This document shows, piece after piece, positions 12,541 through 25,212 of a DNA stretch of 64,000 nt. The notes beneath the pieces are model-generated. The model was not told the DNA's origin, ran no database searches, and saw nothing but the letters and a program-made list of their open reading frames with translations. The translations under genes and the position numbers were made by a program. The stretch comes from Camelus dromedarius. Lineage: Eukaryota. Location of the stretch: contig NC_087436.1 in assembly GCF_036321535.1 (NCBI RefSeq), positions 59,522,001 through 59,586,000 of the forward strand, given 5' to 3'. Position 1 is the stretch's first letter. Each line of letters begins with the position of its first letter.

Positions 12541-15500
12541 ATTCTGTCATCAGTAGGACTTCTGGAAGTCATTTGGTCATCAAAAAAGTGAATGAGAGTG
12601 TATAATCAAAGGGATATCAGATTATTAAGTAACTATATACAATTGTACACATGAAATTCATTCTAATCCTTCTCTCTTACTAAAGCCGATCCATGAGAAG
12701 AGACTCTCTACCATCAAATAATATAAATTGTATTTTTATTGGAATTGTTATATTTAAGTCACCTTTTTATAACACTCTTATAGACAAAAACATAGTATTT
12801 GATAGTTGAATACTATATATTTTTCCCTAAATCAGAATTTTTTTTTACAAGTTATAGCAAATTGAGGATTAAAAGTAAAAAAGGCAAATATATTTTTAAA
12901 TATCTGAGGAAAAACAGAGGCAGAGAAATGTGAATGTTTACTTGTTGGAGTTACATATTTTAAAATCTTATATGATGCCTATTTGATATACATTATATGG
13001 TTTACTCACTGTCATCTGCCCTTTTCACTAAGTTATTCTGGCAGTTAACCTCAATTAATTAGAAGGAAATTAATACTTATGTAAATATAATAAATCCTTT
13101 AAAATAGCTACACAGTAAATATTTGTCTTTATATAGTTAGTAAGGTCTTATATGAGTGATTTTTTCAGTCTAGGGTCAATGAACAACAGAATTTCTTTAT
13201 AAGGATTTTTTTTTGAGACAAAAGCTTGTGAAATAATAAATTTACCCTCAAAGGTCAAAAATGAGGGCTTTAGTGTTTGTTTATTAGTGGAAATTAGCAC
13301 ACACATGGTGCTTGCTCAAAGTTTGATTTAGATGAAAAGAGAACACTTGATATGCATTACCTTAAGGTACTTTAAGATTCCTAAGAATTTCAGCCTCTTT
13401 ACTGGACAACATTCATGTACAGCTTAAGTAAACTTAGGCTTCCTACACAACAGATGCCTAGACATCTCTTTCACAGGATATAAACATCTAAAAATGTTCT
13501 CTGAAGGATTAGAATTAGATTGATTTTCTATCCGAAGTTAAAGTCTCACCTATAGTCTCAGCAGTGGAACAAATTCAAATTCACAGGGGGAATCTGAAAT
13601 CTAAATGTCAATACGAATCATGGAGGAGCAGGAATGGGGTCACGTGCAGAAAACAGAGCCAAGAATTGGGAGCAGAGATGGGCTCCAATGGGTAGGAACA
13701 GACCATTTGATACAAATTTTGCTTGTAACTGTTTTTTGTTTGTTTTTTGAGCAAACTGAGTCAAGATATATGGCTTGGTTTCTGGTTTAGAGAGCTGGAT
13801 AATTATTTTTCAGTGTTTCCTATTTAATTTGTTTTCTTTTTACATATATATTTAAATAAATAGATATTGAAAAGGGGGAACTAGAAACTAGGTTGAATTA
13901 TTTTGAGGTAAATACATAGGCATATGCTTATACTTGTTTAATGTCAAACAGGAATTTTAAAATAAAACTAAAAGCTAAAAATCAGTTCACTACAACTCTT
14001 ACTTGATTGCTCAATGGGCTCCAAGATTATTCAGGTTTCTGCTTTCCCATTATTTCCCAGCATCTTATGCCATTTATTGGGGCCACTTGACCAAGTTCTG
14101 GTTAGTAGGATTAGGATAGAAGTGATATAAACAATTTTTACCCTTAAAAAGATAACATCTTTCCCTCTTCTGGTACTACATGCCATGTACCACTTGGTTT
14201 TACATACACATTTAGTGATAAGACAAAAAGCTACTTGGGGGATGGTTGACTGGAGGGGAGAAGGCTTTTGCTTTTTGGTGACTGGGCAAGGAACCACATG
14301 TTTCTGGTTTGGTTTTGTTTTCAAGGAAACCACAAAATGCCCTAAGGTAGAGGTCTTTGTTTTCAGCAACACTTTGCCAGCTGTTCTAGATCTTCCCAGT
14401 CCATTAGTTTATTTTCCATAGAAAAGTAACCCCTTCCCAACCACGTTTCACATACTCCCCCCGCCACACCCCCTCTAGTGTATTAGACTCCTGGCTGCTG
14501 AAAATTCAGCCCTCATAATGGAACGATCAAATACTCCAAAAATAGCCTTTCAATTAACATCCTTGTTTACAGCCTCATGTCTTAACACTGATCTCCTGCA
14601 AACCAAGACCAAGTCGCAAGTATCTCAGGGTCTACAGGACCGGCTATGTCTTTCTCAAGTTGCATGTCCCGTTGCCTGTATAACAGGTTGCCAATGTTCC
14701 TCGCAGATTCATTTCTTATCACTCTTCCATCCCCTTCTTATCTTCTAGAAACATATTAAAAGCTCTCAGCTACAGAGGACAATCACTTCACTGTGGTTTT
14801 GAGATTACATCCGTTAAAAAATTATTTCACTGCCATTTCAATGGGGTCTGATGAGGGCAAATTTTTAAAACTTGCATGATCAACCAAAAGTTTCCAGAAT
14901 TTCAAGTTTCCTGCAGGAACAACTGACTGGATAATGGTAACATTTATCAATATGGGACACAGGGAGAGGAGCAGGTTTTAGATGGCAGATTACATACTGA
15001 GTATTAGTGAAAGACCAAGCTTATGTCTCTATCCTCATTAATGCATGCACAGGCATGCATTATAAGCCAAATAAGCAGACATCTAATTTACCTTTACAAA
15101 TAAACACTTTTGCAACAACAACAAAAATAACATGAAAATTACGGTAGTTACCTTTTTTGTTTCAGTTTAGATTTTATAACTAAGTGAAAAAGGTCAATTA
15201 ACACATGAAAGGAAGATCACTGATGGTTTCACAATCATATATTTTAATAAACAAAGATTTATGAAGTGGACCTTAGGTGTGATGATTTCAATCAGTCAAG
15301 CAATGTCTGCTCATTGTCAGGAGCTTGGCAAGAATCCACACAGCTTCTCAAATACCTGAGGTGTACTTGAGTGATTTTTTTGAGAACTAAAGGTTTGGGA
15401 ACATTATAATTCATGTGTACTGAAACAGGTTGTTTGGTCCTTAGTTAAGACAGCTGGAATTTACTTTATGGAAATGTAAGCCAGGCATTTTGTGCTGGCA

Positions 15501-16079
15501 GACACTGTTCTGCTTCATCTGTGAAGGTTCTTAAATTTTTTTGCCTTTTACTTTAAAAACAAGTAAGCCTGTAACACCTGGCAGCTGTCATGTCAGACTC
15601 AAGTACCGCAAGTGATAGCACTGTCCATATCTGGGGATCTATTGCACAAAGTCATGGGGATTCTTTGCTTTTAATTATCTCCAAGTGATGCATGTCTGTT
15701 CCAGAGTTTGCACTAAGTATTAGACATGAAGAAAACTTTTTTTTGGAGTTTCTTTCTTCAATGTAATCTGCAAAACACTGATAGTTTAAAAAATTATAAA
15801 TATAGAGGAATATAGAACAACAATTTCCCACATAATTTACCATCTCTAAGGCGGTGGAGTTGTCAATGACCAAAATAAATAATGTGTAGAACACAAAGGA
15901 TCAAGCAACTCTTTAAATGAAATTCAAATGATAAACATGAAAACTTTCTAAGGTAGAGATAGATGAGAGCCTTGTACCCAGAGCGTAGATTAATTATACC
16001 ACAGAAAAACAGAATTCTGCAGCATTCCTTTTCTTTCCTGATCCCTGTCCCCTAGTCCCTTTGATACTCTGATGCCACA

Positions 16080-16500
16080 CAAAATTCTTCCAAATAATAT
16101 TTTAAAGCATGTCTCTTGCCTACTAAAATAACTTTAGAAGTTTCCCATCAGAAAGTACAAAAGTAGCAGTGAAAGTTCTCACGAATCAGGCTCCATCCTG
16201 GGTTCCTAATGTTATATCCTTCTATGAATGCTCTGTATCTCCTAATAAGGTATGTCAGTTTTTCCTGAATATATGTTTTATCTTCTGTTCCAAAAACTGT
16301 GCTTTTTCATTCTACTTGACTACCATATCAGGTCTCTGCCTCTAAACATCACACCACTGAGACCCAACCCAGCCTGAATCACATCTTTTCTGTTTCAAAC
16401 ACTATTTATTACCCTCTGGGCCCCTTAGGATGCCTTTCCCTTCTTTGAATTCTAGACTCTGTTAATATCTTAGAGATGCTTTTGGATTAAATCCTTCCCC
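16080..16500 (+). mobile_element. L2 fragment (highly degenerate)
   Basis: Pyrimidine-rich L2-like text 'catgtctcttgcctactaaaataactttagaagtttcccatcagaaagtacaaaagt'. Confidence 0.4.
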
Positions 16501-17059
16501 ACAACACACACTCAGTCCAGAATGTGCTGTGCTGGTGTGCTTTCTGTTGAGTCAAATCACCAGCTCTGTTGACTCCACTGAAAACTATTGTTTGACTATT
16601 AGTATACTATACATATTAGTATACTAAGACAATGTATTAGTTATGCATCAAAATCAATAACTAAAAAATATTCTCTTTTGATTAAAGGGAAAAATAAATG
16701 ACCAACTGAAATATCTAAAACATGAGAAGTTTTCATGTTATTCTTTTTAAAATATGGTCTTTGCACTCTTATTCTCACACACCGTCTATGTCCACCATCA
16801 TCCTAGATATCTGCAGACCCATTACCATGAGCAAGCTTTCACTTTCTCACTGTGAATTTGTATTCCTCTCATTCCTTTCTCCGCAGCAAATTCAAGCTGC
16901 ACCAAAAATCAAACATGAAAGTTGAAGCTATAAATTACTAGAACAAAACTGGAGTTTTTTTGTTCCATTTAGTTTAATCTTGGAGTGAAGCAAGCTTTTT
17001 TGTATGCATGACAACAAACAAACAAGACAAAGTAATTTGACCATGTAAATATTTCTAAA

Positions 17060-17560
17060 TTTTAAAGTATGCATACCCTTCAGTACAGTAATTCTACTTT
17101 TAATAACTGTCCTTATAGATATAAGTTCCGATGTATTTGTATATATGCATATATATGCATATATGCATATTATATATCACACATACATATATGCATACTA
17201 TATACATACATACATTACCATTCTATGTTCAAGAATCTTCTTGACAGATACAATTAATCAAGTGTATATGTACACATTTATATATATACAGTACATATAT
17301 ATATTTGTGTGTATGTGTATACTTATATATGCACAAATACACATTTTATGCCATTTAAAAAAAACAGTGACTAAAAGGAAATATCCTAAATTTCCAAGAA
17401 TGGAACAAAAAATATAACTTTACCATTTCTACATAATGAGCTATTACATAGCTACTAGAAAGAATGAGGTAGGCTTAACGTGCTGATATTGGAGAGATGT
17501 CCAGAAAACACAAGAAAAAACAGAATGTGATATACTAGTAAAATTTTTCATGGAACTGGA
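17060..17560 (+). mobile_element. Old L1ME-like fragment containing an expanded TA/TATG-rich simple repeat (about 17135-17340)
   Basis: 'gcatacccttcagtacagtaattctacttttaataactgtccttatagat...ggaaatatcctaaatttccaagaatggaac...agctactagaaagaatgaggtagg' flanking the simple repeat. Confidence 0.6.
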
Positions 17561-18841
17561 TCCTATTTTCTGCTTAAATAATATGGAAAGGATTCTATGT
17601 GAAACTAAGAAGTTATCATTTTTAAAGTTACAGGTGTTCCTAAAATTAGTCTGTTTAAGGTTCACTGATTAATCAACCTAATGTTTCAAGTTGCGTATTG
17701 GTTAGCATCACTTTTGGTCTCACTATCCTCTTCCTGACCACAGAAAGATATATATATCACATCTTTCCCTTCACTCTCTTAATGAAACATTACTTTCAGG
17801 TCATCTACATTTTCATTTCGCAGTGTTATTTTAACAAAGAGGGATAAAAGAGAATCTATATAATAAACTTAGGATGAAAAGCAGGAGAGTATGCAAGAAT
17901 GAATTTCTCTTATTTTATGCTTGATAATCCAACAATGTGCTAACCAAAGCAACAGTAAAACCATGATTAAAATAAATACTTGGATTGGAAAATCAAGACA
18001 AGGATACATGATCATCTTTATTTCATTATAATTAATTGTAGTTTATAGTATTGTTCTTTTTTATCCCACTTAATGAGACTACATTATTCCAACTACATAC
18101 AGAATCAAAAATATATTTTAAAGAATTTTACTCTATTCACGAGTTGATTTTTTGTTTATTGGCTTTCCTTTGTACTTGGTTAACCTTCTGCTAATTGCAT
18201 ACTTATAGTCTTGGCTAAGGACCATTAGCTACTGTTTTGAACCTCCCACTTAAAACATGGTCTCCTTTCATTATACATTCTTTACAAGTACCTCAGGAAA
18301 TAGTATGTCATCTTTCATTTATAGAGGATTCAAATGAGAAATGTTTCATTTCTTTACTATATATTTCTTTACTGTAAATGAAGTGTAATGAAAATTTATT
18401 ACAGCAGCAATAAACTTCAGACATTAAACAAGGACAATCTGTACTGCTCGTGCACATGGGGCAATGAATTCTCCTTGTGTCAATACTTGCAGCTGGACCT
18501 CTTAGAGACCAGCTGAAAAACCTCCTATGGACAGAGAACCTTTCAACTGACATTATCTCCATGATACAGCTGTCAGGTCCTATGTAAAGAACTGAAGCAC
18601 TGAAATATAACTATTTTCCTTATTACACAAGTAATATGCTCTTTGTAAATATGCTATGTCTACAGAAGGTTTAAGAGAAAATACTTTTTCCTATTTTTAT
18701 TCTCCAGAGATATGGCTGTTGTATATGTATACATATTTTACAAAAATGATTCATTGTAAAAATAACATTCTAAAATTTCCATTTTTTTCATTAAACATTG
18801 GTATTTGGTAATAATTTATTAAATTAAAATGGTAACTTTTA

Positions 18842-19234
18842 ATAAATATTGTACAATATCACTTATATCTAGAATCTGAAAAAGCAAACTGAAAGACAGT
18901 AGAATGGTGGTTACCAGGGTTTGGGAGGTGGGGGAAATAGAAAGATATTAGTTAAGAGGTACATACAGTTATAAGATCAACAAGTTCTTGGAAGCTAATG
19001 TAGAGCATGGTGATTATAGATAACAATGCTGTATTTCATACTTGAAAGTTTCTAAGAGAGTAGATCTTTTATGTATCACCACAGAAAAGAAATGGTGTTT
19101 GTGGGATGGGATGGAAGTGTTAAGTAATACTATGGTGGTGGTTATTCTGCAACATACAAATGTATCAAAGCAAAACGCTATAAACCTTAAAATTACACAA
19201 CATTATATGTCAATTATATCTCAGTAAACTTGGG
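18842..19234 (+). mobile_element. L1M 3'UTR fragment with perfect 16-bp TSD
   Basis: L1 3'UTR text 'agaatggtggttaccagggtttgggagg...ttatatgtcaattatatctcagtaaact'; TSD aaaatggtaactttta at 18826-18841 and 19235-19250. Confidence 0.9.
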
Positions 19235-19733
19235 AAAATGGTAACTTTTATTTCCATCAGGTATAATTTTTTAAATAAAGATTAAAGTATTTACAAATAT
19301 ACGCATTTAAACATATGCACACAAATCTTGCACCAAGAGTCCTCTTTCCTATCATTTCATAGGATATACAGCAAAGAATCACAGAAGTGTTAAAACAGGT
19401 TAAAAATAAAAAAGGAAATTGGAAAGCAGAAAAGAAGAGAGACAAGTGAGAATATAAAACAAAGTAATTGATTAAGAAAAAGATTGATGTTAAAACGATG
19501 GTGAAATTTCAGCACAATCAATAATAAATAACAGCAACAACAGATAGGTGGCTTTTTCCTTTAGTCCCAAAAGTTTAGTTTGCTCCAGCTACATCTGAAA
19601 TTTCTTAGCAGAACAGGGTAGGGGAAAGACTTCTCTGATGACTCTTGCTTACCAGAGACAATCCCAAATCTGAGATCACAGATGAGGCCAGTAGGCTGGC
19701 TCTGAACAAAGGAGTGCATGTGGAGGTGTGTGT

Positions 19734-19791
19734 GGGTGGGTGGGGAGGGGAGGTGGGATAGGGAGAGGGGAGGGGAGGGAGAGAGGTTGGG
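19734..19791 (+). other. G-rich tract, potential G-quadruplex
   Basis: About ten G3-G4 runs with short loops: gggtgggtggggaggggaggtgggatagggagaggggaggggaggg. Confidence 0.7.
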
Positions 19792-20114
19792 AATGAGTTG
19801 GAAAGCGGATGCAGAGACACCACCAGTTGACTGGCTATTCTAGTATTTCAGTCAACTGTTTAATCCCTAACTTTAGTTCACTCTCTAAATCTAAATTCAG
19901 GGCTCCATTTCCGTAACTTATTTTTTCATTTCTATTCTAATTTTTCCTCCTTCCCTAAAGTAAAAAAATCTTAGTATTTCTGGTTTTACATTTGATATTA
20001 TACCCTCACTTCAGGTTTCTACCTTTCATGGTTTTAAAAATAGAGTCAAAATATACTGTGCAGGTAGAATGGACTCAAGAAACTATACGATGCTAAAAAA
20101 AAAAAAAAAAAAAA

Positions 20115-20300
20115 GTAGCCTTGTGGTTTCCGTCTTGAACAAATGAATGGCTGACAGTTTCATTTACCAAGGTAACAAATATTCTGATTTGGAGAAGTGG
20201 ATATTTTGGTGGGAAGTAGAAATCTGTTCTTTTTTAGACACATTAACTTTGAGATGTCTTTAAGACAACCATATGGACGGTCAAGAAGGGAAGTGTACAA
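20115..20300 (-). mobile_element. L2 fragment
   Basis: 'ttttagacacattaactttgagatgtctttaagacaaccatatgga' is typical reverse L2 text. Confidence 0.6.
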
Positions 20301-20397
20301 TGGAATCTATGGCTTTACACTAAAATATAAATTTCAGCATATTCACCATTCTACATTATGTAATAAGACTGCTGCATGTCAAGTAAGTTTGTTAAAA

Positions 20398-20795
20398 GTA
20401 GTTCTCAATGAGGAAACTTTTGGTATTTTAAGCACTTTGATTATCTTTGTCTTGTGAAATGGTCTTATGTATTACAGCATTCATACCATCCCTGGTTCCA
20501 GCTCACTAAGTATCGGTCATGTTCCAATTCTGTGACAACCAAACATCCATTTCACACACACACATATTTTCAGGTGCCCCACAGAAGGGGTGCCTGTCCA
20601 CTTCCAACCCCTGTAGTTAAACAAAGTCCAAAATAATTCTTTAATGCAAGACTTCAAAGGTTTAATGCAGTCATGTGTATTTTGAATCACCAAGAGGATG
20701 ACATAAAGGTTGCATTTCCAAAATATATTTATCATTAAATAACTATTTCTGGCATTCTATCTGTGAGTTGTGATCACCAGTTTAGGAACCACTGA
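20398..20795. mobile_element. hAT-Charlie DNA transposon remnants (MER20-like plus adjoining Charlie-type piece)
   Basis: Begins 'gtagttctcaatgagg', contains 'tgtgacaaccaaacat...caggtgcccc', ends 'gtttaggaaccactg'. Confidence 0.55.
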
Positions 20796-22019
20796 TTTAA
20801 GGCTGAGAAGATGAAGCCCTCAATCAGACTTTAAGCTGGTTGCATAGAGAACCCAGAATCACTTACTACTTTACTTTTAGTTTTGATTTGCTGTAGGGTT
20901 CTAAAATATTTTTTAATATTAAAGCAATATATCATACTGTAAAAATCTTTAAAAGTAGGAAATGTGTAAATAAAATACCGAATAGTCCCCTCCCTCCCAC
21001 AATCTCACACAACAGAATACTGTGAACAGTTTGAGGTTAATTTTCAGATATTTATGGAATTCCTCCTTTACCTGTATTGAGATCAACTTGCCCACTTAAT
21101 GGCCTTTAATTTAGGCACCTATCAGAATCTATCAATTGTAGCCCCTGCCTGCCTGACTGTTAAATCAAAAGGCTTAGATCAGAAAGAGGAGACTTGCCAT
21201 CACATTAACCACTTGACAGGAGTAATCAAGAGCTCAGTTTAGAGCAACAAAACCTATGGTGGCTTTTCTGAAAAATACAGTTCCTTTTTCTTGGGTATAT
21301 TAAACTGCATCTTTTGACTGTCACCCTGAGAAAAATCACATATGTCAATGACAATGACTCTCTGTGGGGTAGGCTTAGAGAACTATGCTCTGGCGTGGTG
21401 CCCTCCACTGTGATACAGGGAAATACCCCTGTGCATGGCATATTTACTCTAAGAATGTCACTGTTCACCACATTAAGATATATTATCTTAAAGAGGCTAA
21501 AGGATGAATTCTTTCTTTGAACTCAGCTCCAGCAATAGTTGTGCTTTTCCTGACCAGTTCATCTTTTTTTTTTTTACCCCCTTCTGTTTGACTCTCATAA
21601 TATTTTGAGGAGTCCTATGGCTAAAATAAAACTTTGTTTCAGGTTCTAGAATGTTGGGAACTAATCTTCTAGCTTAATTTCAGCAAGTGAAGTAAACGAA
21701 TAGGAATTTTATCTCCCTTTCCAACCCCGATTTTACTTTTGACATCAGTCCCTCACCTCTTCCATCTTACTATCCTGTTGCTACACCTTGATATTTCTTA
21801 TACACCTTTCTAAAATGTTTTAAAATCTTTTTCAAAACAAGCCTCACATACATGTTTATATGCATGTACACATGTGTATGTTTTGCTCTGGCTTTGTAAT
21901 CATGAAGAAACTGTCAAGATATTTTTCCCTCACTTTCTCTTTATTCATTCAGGATACTTAAGGATTTTTAACTCCAGTATAGTGTTCTGTGAACTTCCAA
22001 TTTCATTCAACTTAATACA

Positions 22020-22640
22020 AACTTTCTGGTTTCCAACCATGTAAAAGACACTAAAAATAAGTAAATGAACTAACATTTATAGTCTACTCTTGTATTTGCT
22101 TATTTTCATCATCAATTAAGGGTCATTTGAGCCTCATTGTCACACTTTGAGGTAAATTATATAGTAATCATTTTTCAGATGAAACTAGAGCGATACATTG
22201 ACCCTAAATTAAGTAACTTAAAGAAACTAAACTATTTAGATGTTCCCAGTTCAAGGCCCATACAAGTATTTCTCCATAAATCACAGCAGCAAATGGTAAA
22301 ACGTGCTTCAAATTGAGGGTACGAAATGTTTAGTTATTTTTAACTATAATATAAAGGAAGATAACAGTGTTTAAAAGTAACACATGACACTCTGGGTATT
22401 CAAGTTTCCTGCTGCAAGAATCAAAGAAGGATTCATGGAAAGATAAGTATTTGAGATGAAACTTTACATATTTTAACAAGCAGACACAGAATAAGAAAAG
22501 ATGGTTTCAGCAAAATCAATTACATGAGCAAAAATGCAGAATGAGTTAAACATGTGGCATTTATGGTGAAAAATGATTTGCTTACTTTGCTTTATACTTA
22601 GGATGCATTTAGAAAAGTCAAAGGACTTAAGGCTAAGAAG
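22020..22640 (-). mobile_element. L2 fragment with an embedded MIR (about 22090-22260)
   Basis: MIR 'cacactttgaggtaaattatatagtaatcatttttcagatgaaactagag'; L2 'gaatcaaagaaggattcatggaaagataagtatttgagatgaaactt'. Confidence 0.5.
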
Positions 22641-23259
22641 ACAATTGGGATCCTTCTATCATCCTGAATGTCAAGTATTGTCTTATTGCTATCAGCAGGC
22701 AATGAATTCTGCCTCTGCTCTTGCTTTAGGAATTCTGGAGAGACTATAGGAAGGGATCCTAAAATAATTGAGACAATAAAGGCAATCTCTTGTTTACAAC
22801 TGAGAATTAGAAAATAGTGCTGGTATTTATCACATCAGACTACCTGCAGGTATTTAAACCAGTTCTAAAAGGTGTTTCATCTTTGATGGAGGGACAACTA
22901 AGTTCTTAAAGCCTTCTTGGTGTTTATACAACAGGCTCAGGGACTTAAAGAAAGAGCAAATCATCCCTCTGCAGCTTGGATATTTATCTCCTTATACGCA
23001 GAGCAAACAACAGGCTTTTAACAGCATTTCTGAGTTATGACTGTTTCTGCTTAAGGTTTTGCTGTAGTAGGAGTATTTTAATTCCCATCTAATTGATAAA
23101 GCAGGTCCAAAAACACTTGTGAGTCCCTAGTAAGTTAGCATGTAGACTGTTCATCTCACCTCTATGCTGCTCCATGCTCAGCCTACTGCCACCCAAATAC
23201 AAAGGCATAAAATAGAACTGGGAGCAGGACTTACATTAACACAAGGGAAAAAAGTAGAA

Positions 23260-24235
23260 CCAGGTCCCTCACTTATAATCTCCAGCCTTCTCAGAACTTA
23301 TCTGTGTTTTGGATATTGATCACACTGGCTGCCTCCCCCCAAGGATACCTCACAAACTGGCTTCAAGTTAATTTCAACCAAAAGGAGGTAGCAACAGGAG
23401 ACTGGAGTACCAAGGGAGAGAGGTCTGGGGCATTTCTAACTCTTTTTCTGCTTCAGTACTTCTGATAATAGCTGTATGCTTCTAAGAAAACTCCAAAGCT
23501 TTCCAGGGACCAGCCTCTGCATCATGGTTCCAGCTCCTCATGGACTCTGGTAACTATCTTAACTTTCCCCTTGCCACCTGGGCACCTGGGGTGGCATTGG
23601 CTCCCAACTGCCTCAACTGTGTCAATATTTCTACAGCTATTATAATAGGGAAGATTGAATCTGACTCCAAATTAAATTTGTTCCTTTAGTTCTAACCTTG
23701 TGCTTTGTTGCCTTGCTTAGTCATGCTGGTTCTGCACCTTCTACAAAAGAATGTTGTTTATAGACTGAAATATACTGGATAGCCCATTCTCAAGGCTCTC
23801 ACCATTAAGGATATAACATTTTCCCATTAATATAGAGAAACATTTTTGCAGAATAGAGAATAACATTTGTCTTGTTGGAGGCTTATAGGAGCATCATCAC
23901 CTGACCTATGTGGACAGCTGCAAGAACAAAGGATTCAGACACCAAGAAGTTTTCAACAACCAACCACACTTCTTCCCCTTATTAATATATATGGAGCCTG
24001 AAATCTGACTTAGGTAAAGTGGTTCTCTAGGGCATTAGTCTTCCATCTTTTTGGTCTGCTGGCTTTCAGAATAAAGTCATTATTCCTTGTCCCAAAACCT
24101 TTTCTCTTGATCTACTGGCCTGTCATGTGGCAACCGTAACAAATTTGGACTCAGTAAAACTGTCTCTTCATTAAACACTTCTTATTTGAACCATCTGCAT
24201 GAATTCTATCTCCTGCCAGAGCTCTAACTCATACA
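23260..24235 (+). mobile_element. Ancient ERVL solo LTR (LTR33/LTR16 group), split by a younger LTR
   Basis: Ends 'tcttcattaaacacttcttatttgaaccatctg...ctcctgccagagctctaactcataca', resembling the LTR33-group 3' end; 5' part 'aaactggcttcaagttaatttcaaccaaaaggaggtagcaacaggagactggag'. Confidence 0.65.
23638..24159 (+). mobile_element. ERV1-type solo LTR (probably artiodactyl-lineage), nested
   Basis: Starts 'tattataatagggaagattgaatctgactcc', has AATAAA at about 24070, ends 'tttggactcagtaaaa' (decayed TG...CA termini). Confidence 0.8.
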
Positions 24236-24466
24236 GGTATAACAGCATTAGAGTTTCCAGCATCTTACTCTAGTTACTACTGTTTACTGAGCTGAAGTTT
24301 TAATTTTGTGTATTTGCATGTATTTTCTTCTAGAGACTGTTTGTCTCTCAAAGAGCTTCAATATGTATTACAAGTTAGCTGCTAATAAAAAACTATTCAG
24401 TTTTTTTTTTATTCCTTAACCTGGGAGGCTGCAGGGAACCACTTAGGGAAAAGTTTTACTCTTGAT

Positions 24467-24648
24467 CAGTGGTTCCCCAAGGGTGCTCCCAAGCCACCTG
24501 TGTCAGCACAATCTGGGGAACTAACTAGAAAGGTAAATTCTGATGCCCCAATCAAGTTTACTGCATCAGAAATACTTGGTGAGACCAAGTAATCTGTATT
24601 TTTAAGTGCCTTCAGGTAAATCTGCAGTATCCTCAAGTCTGAGAGCTA
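24467..24648. mobile_element. MER5A-like hAT MITE
   Basis: 'cagtggttccccaagggtgctccc...tactgcatcagaaatacttgg...aatctgtatttttaag...caagtctgagagc'. Confidence 0.75.
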
Positions 24649-25212
24649 TATTCTTTGTAACAGTTAACATTATCCATGTTCCTGTAAATTAACAATCTTC
24701 AGTATCTTGCTAGTTCCTGCAATCAAATCCAGCTGTAACATAAAACAACTAAAAGTTAACTCTAACCTACCCTCTTGGTCTCTGTCCCTTTCTTATCAAA
24801 ATACTACTTGTTACCCAAAATCTGACATCAATGCCACTTGCCTTCCTTCCTTTCCTGCCTTTCGAAAGCAACATGGATCTTTCCTTTTTTCCCCCCCGCC
24901 CCCTACTGGTGTTTTTGCGTGGCTTGTGCTGTCTTATATAACACCACAGTGTGTTTAGCTTTCTTTTTCTCCTCTTCTTAGTTGTCACTCTGTTTTCTTA
25001 GTCTCCCCTAGACTGTTATTGAGAGTAAAAATGATGCCTTAATTTTCCTTGAATTCCTTATTCTAGAATTATAGACAATAGCAGGGTCAGATATTATTCT
25101 AGCATTGTCTCTCCTAAACAGATATCAAACTTGAAATGCACATTAAGATATTAATTTCCAAAACAAAGTTTTTGAACAAGTTTATAACATGTAAATAATA
25201 TAAATGAAGACT

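Noticed and set aside
14031..14421. 113-aa and 78-aa ORFs on opposite strands
   Set aside because: No recognisable domain, non-ATG start for the longer one, and no convincing flanking splice sites; consistent with chance.
16598..16628. Duplicated palindrome tattagtatacta
   Set aside because: Low-complexity AT-rich slippage product; no supporting context.
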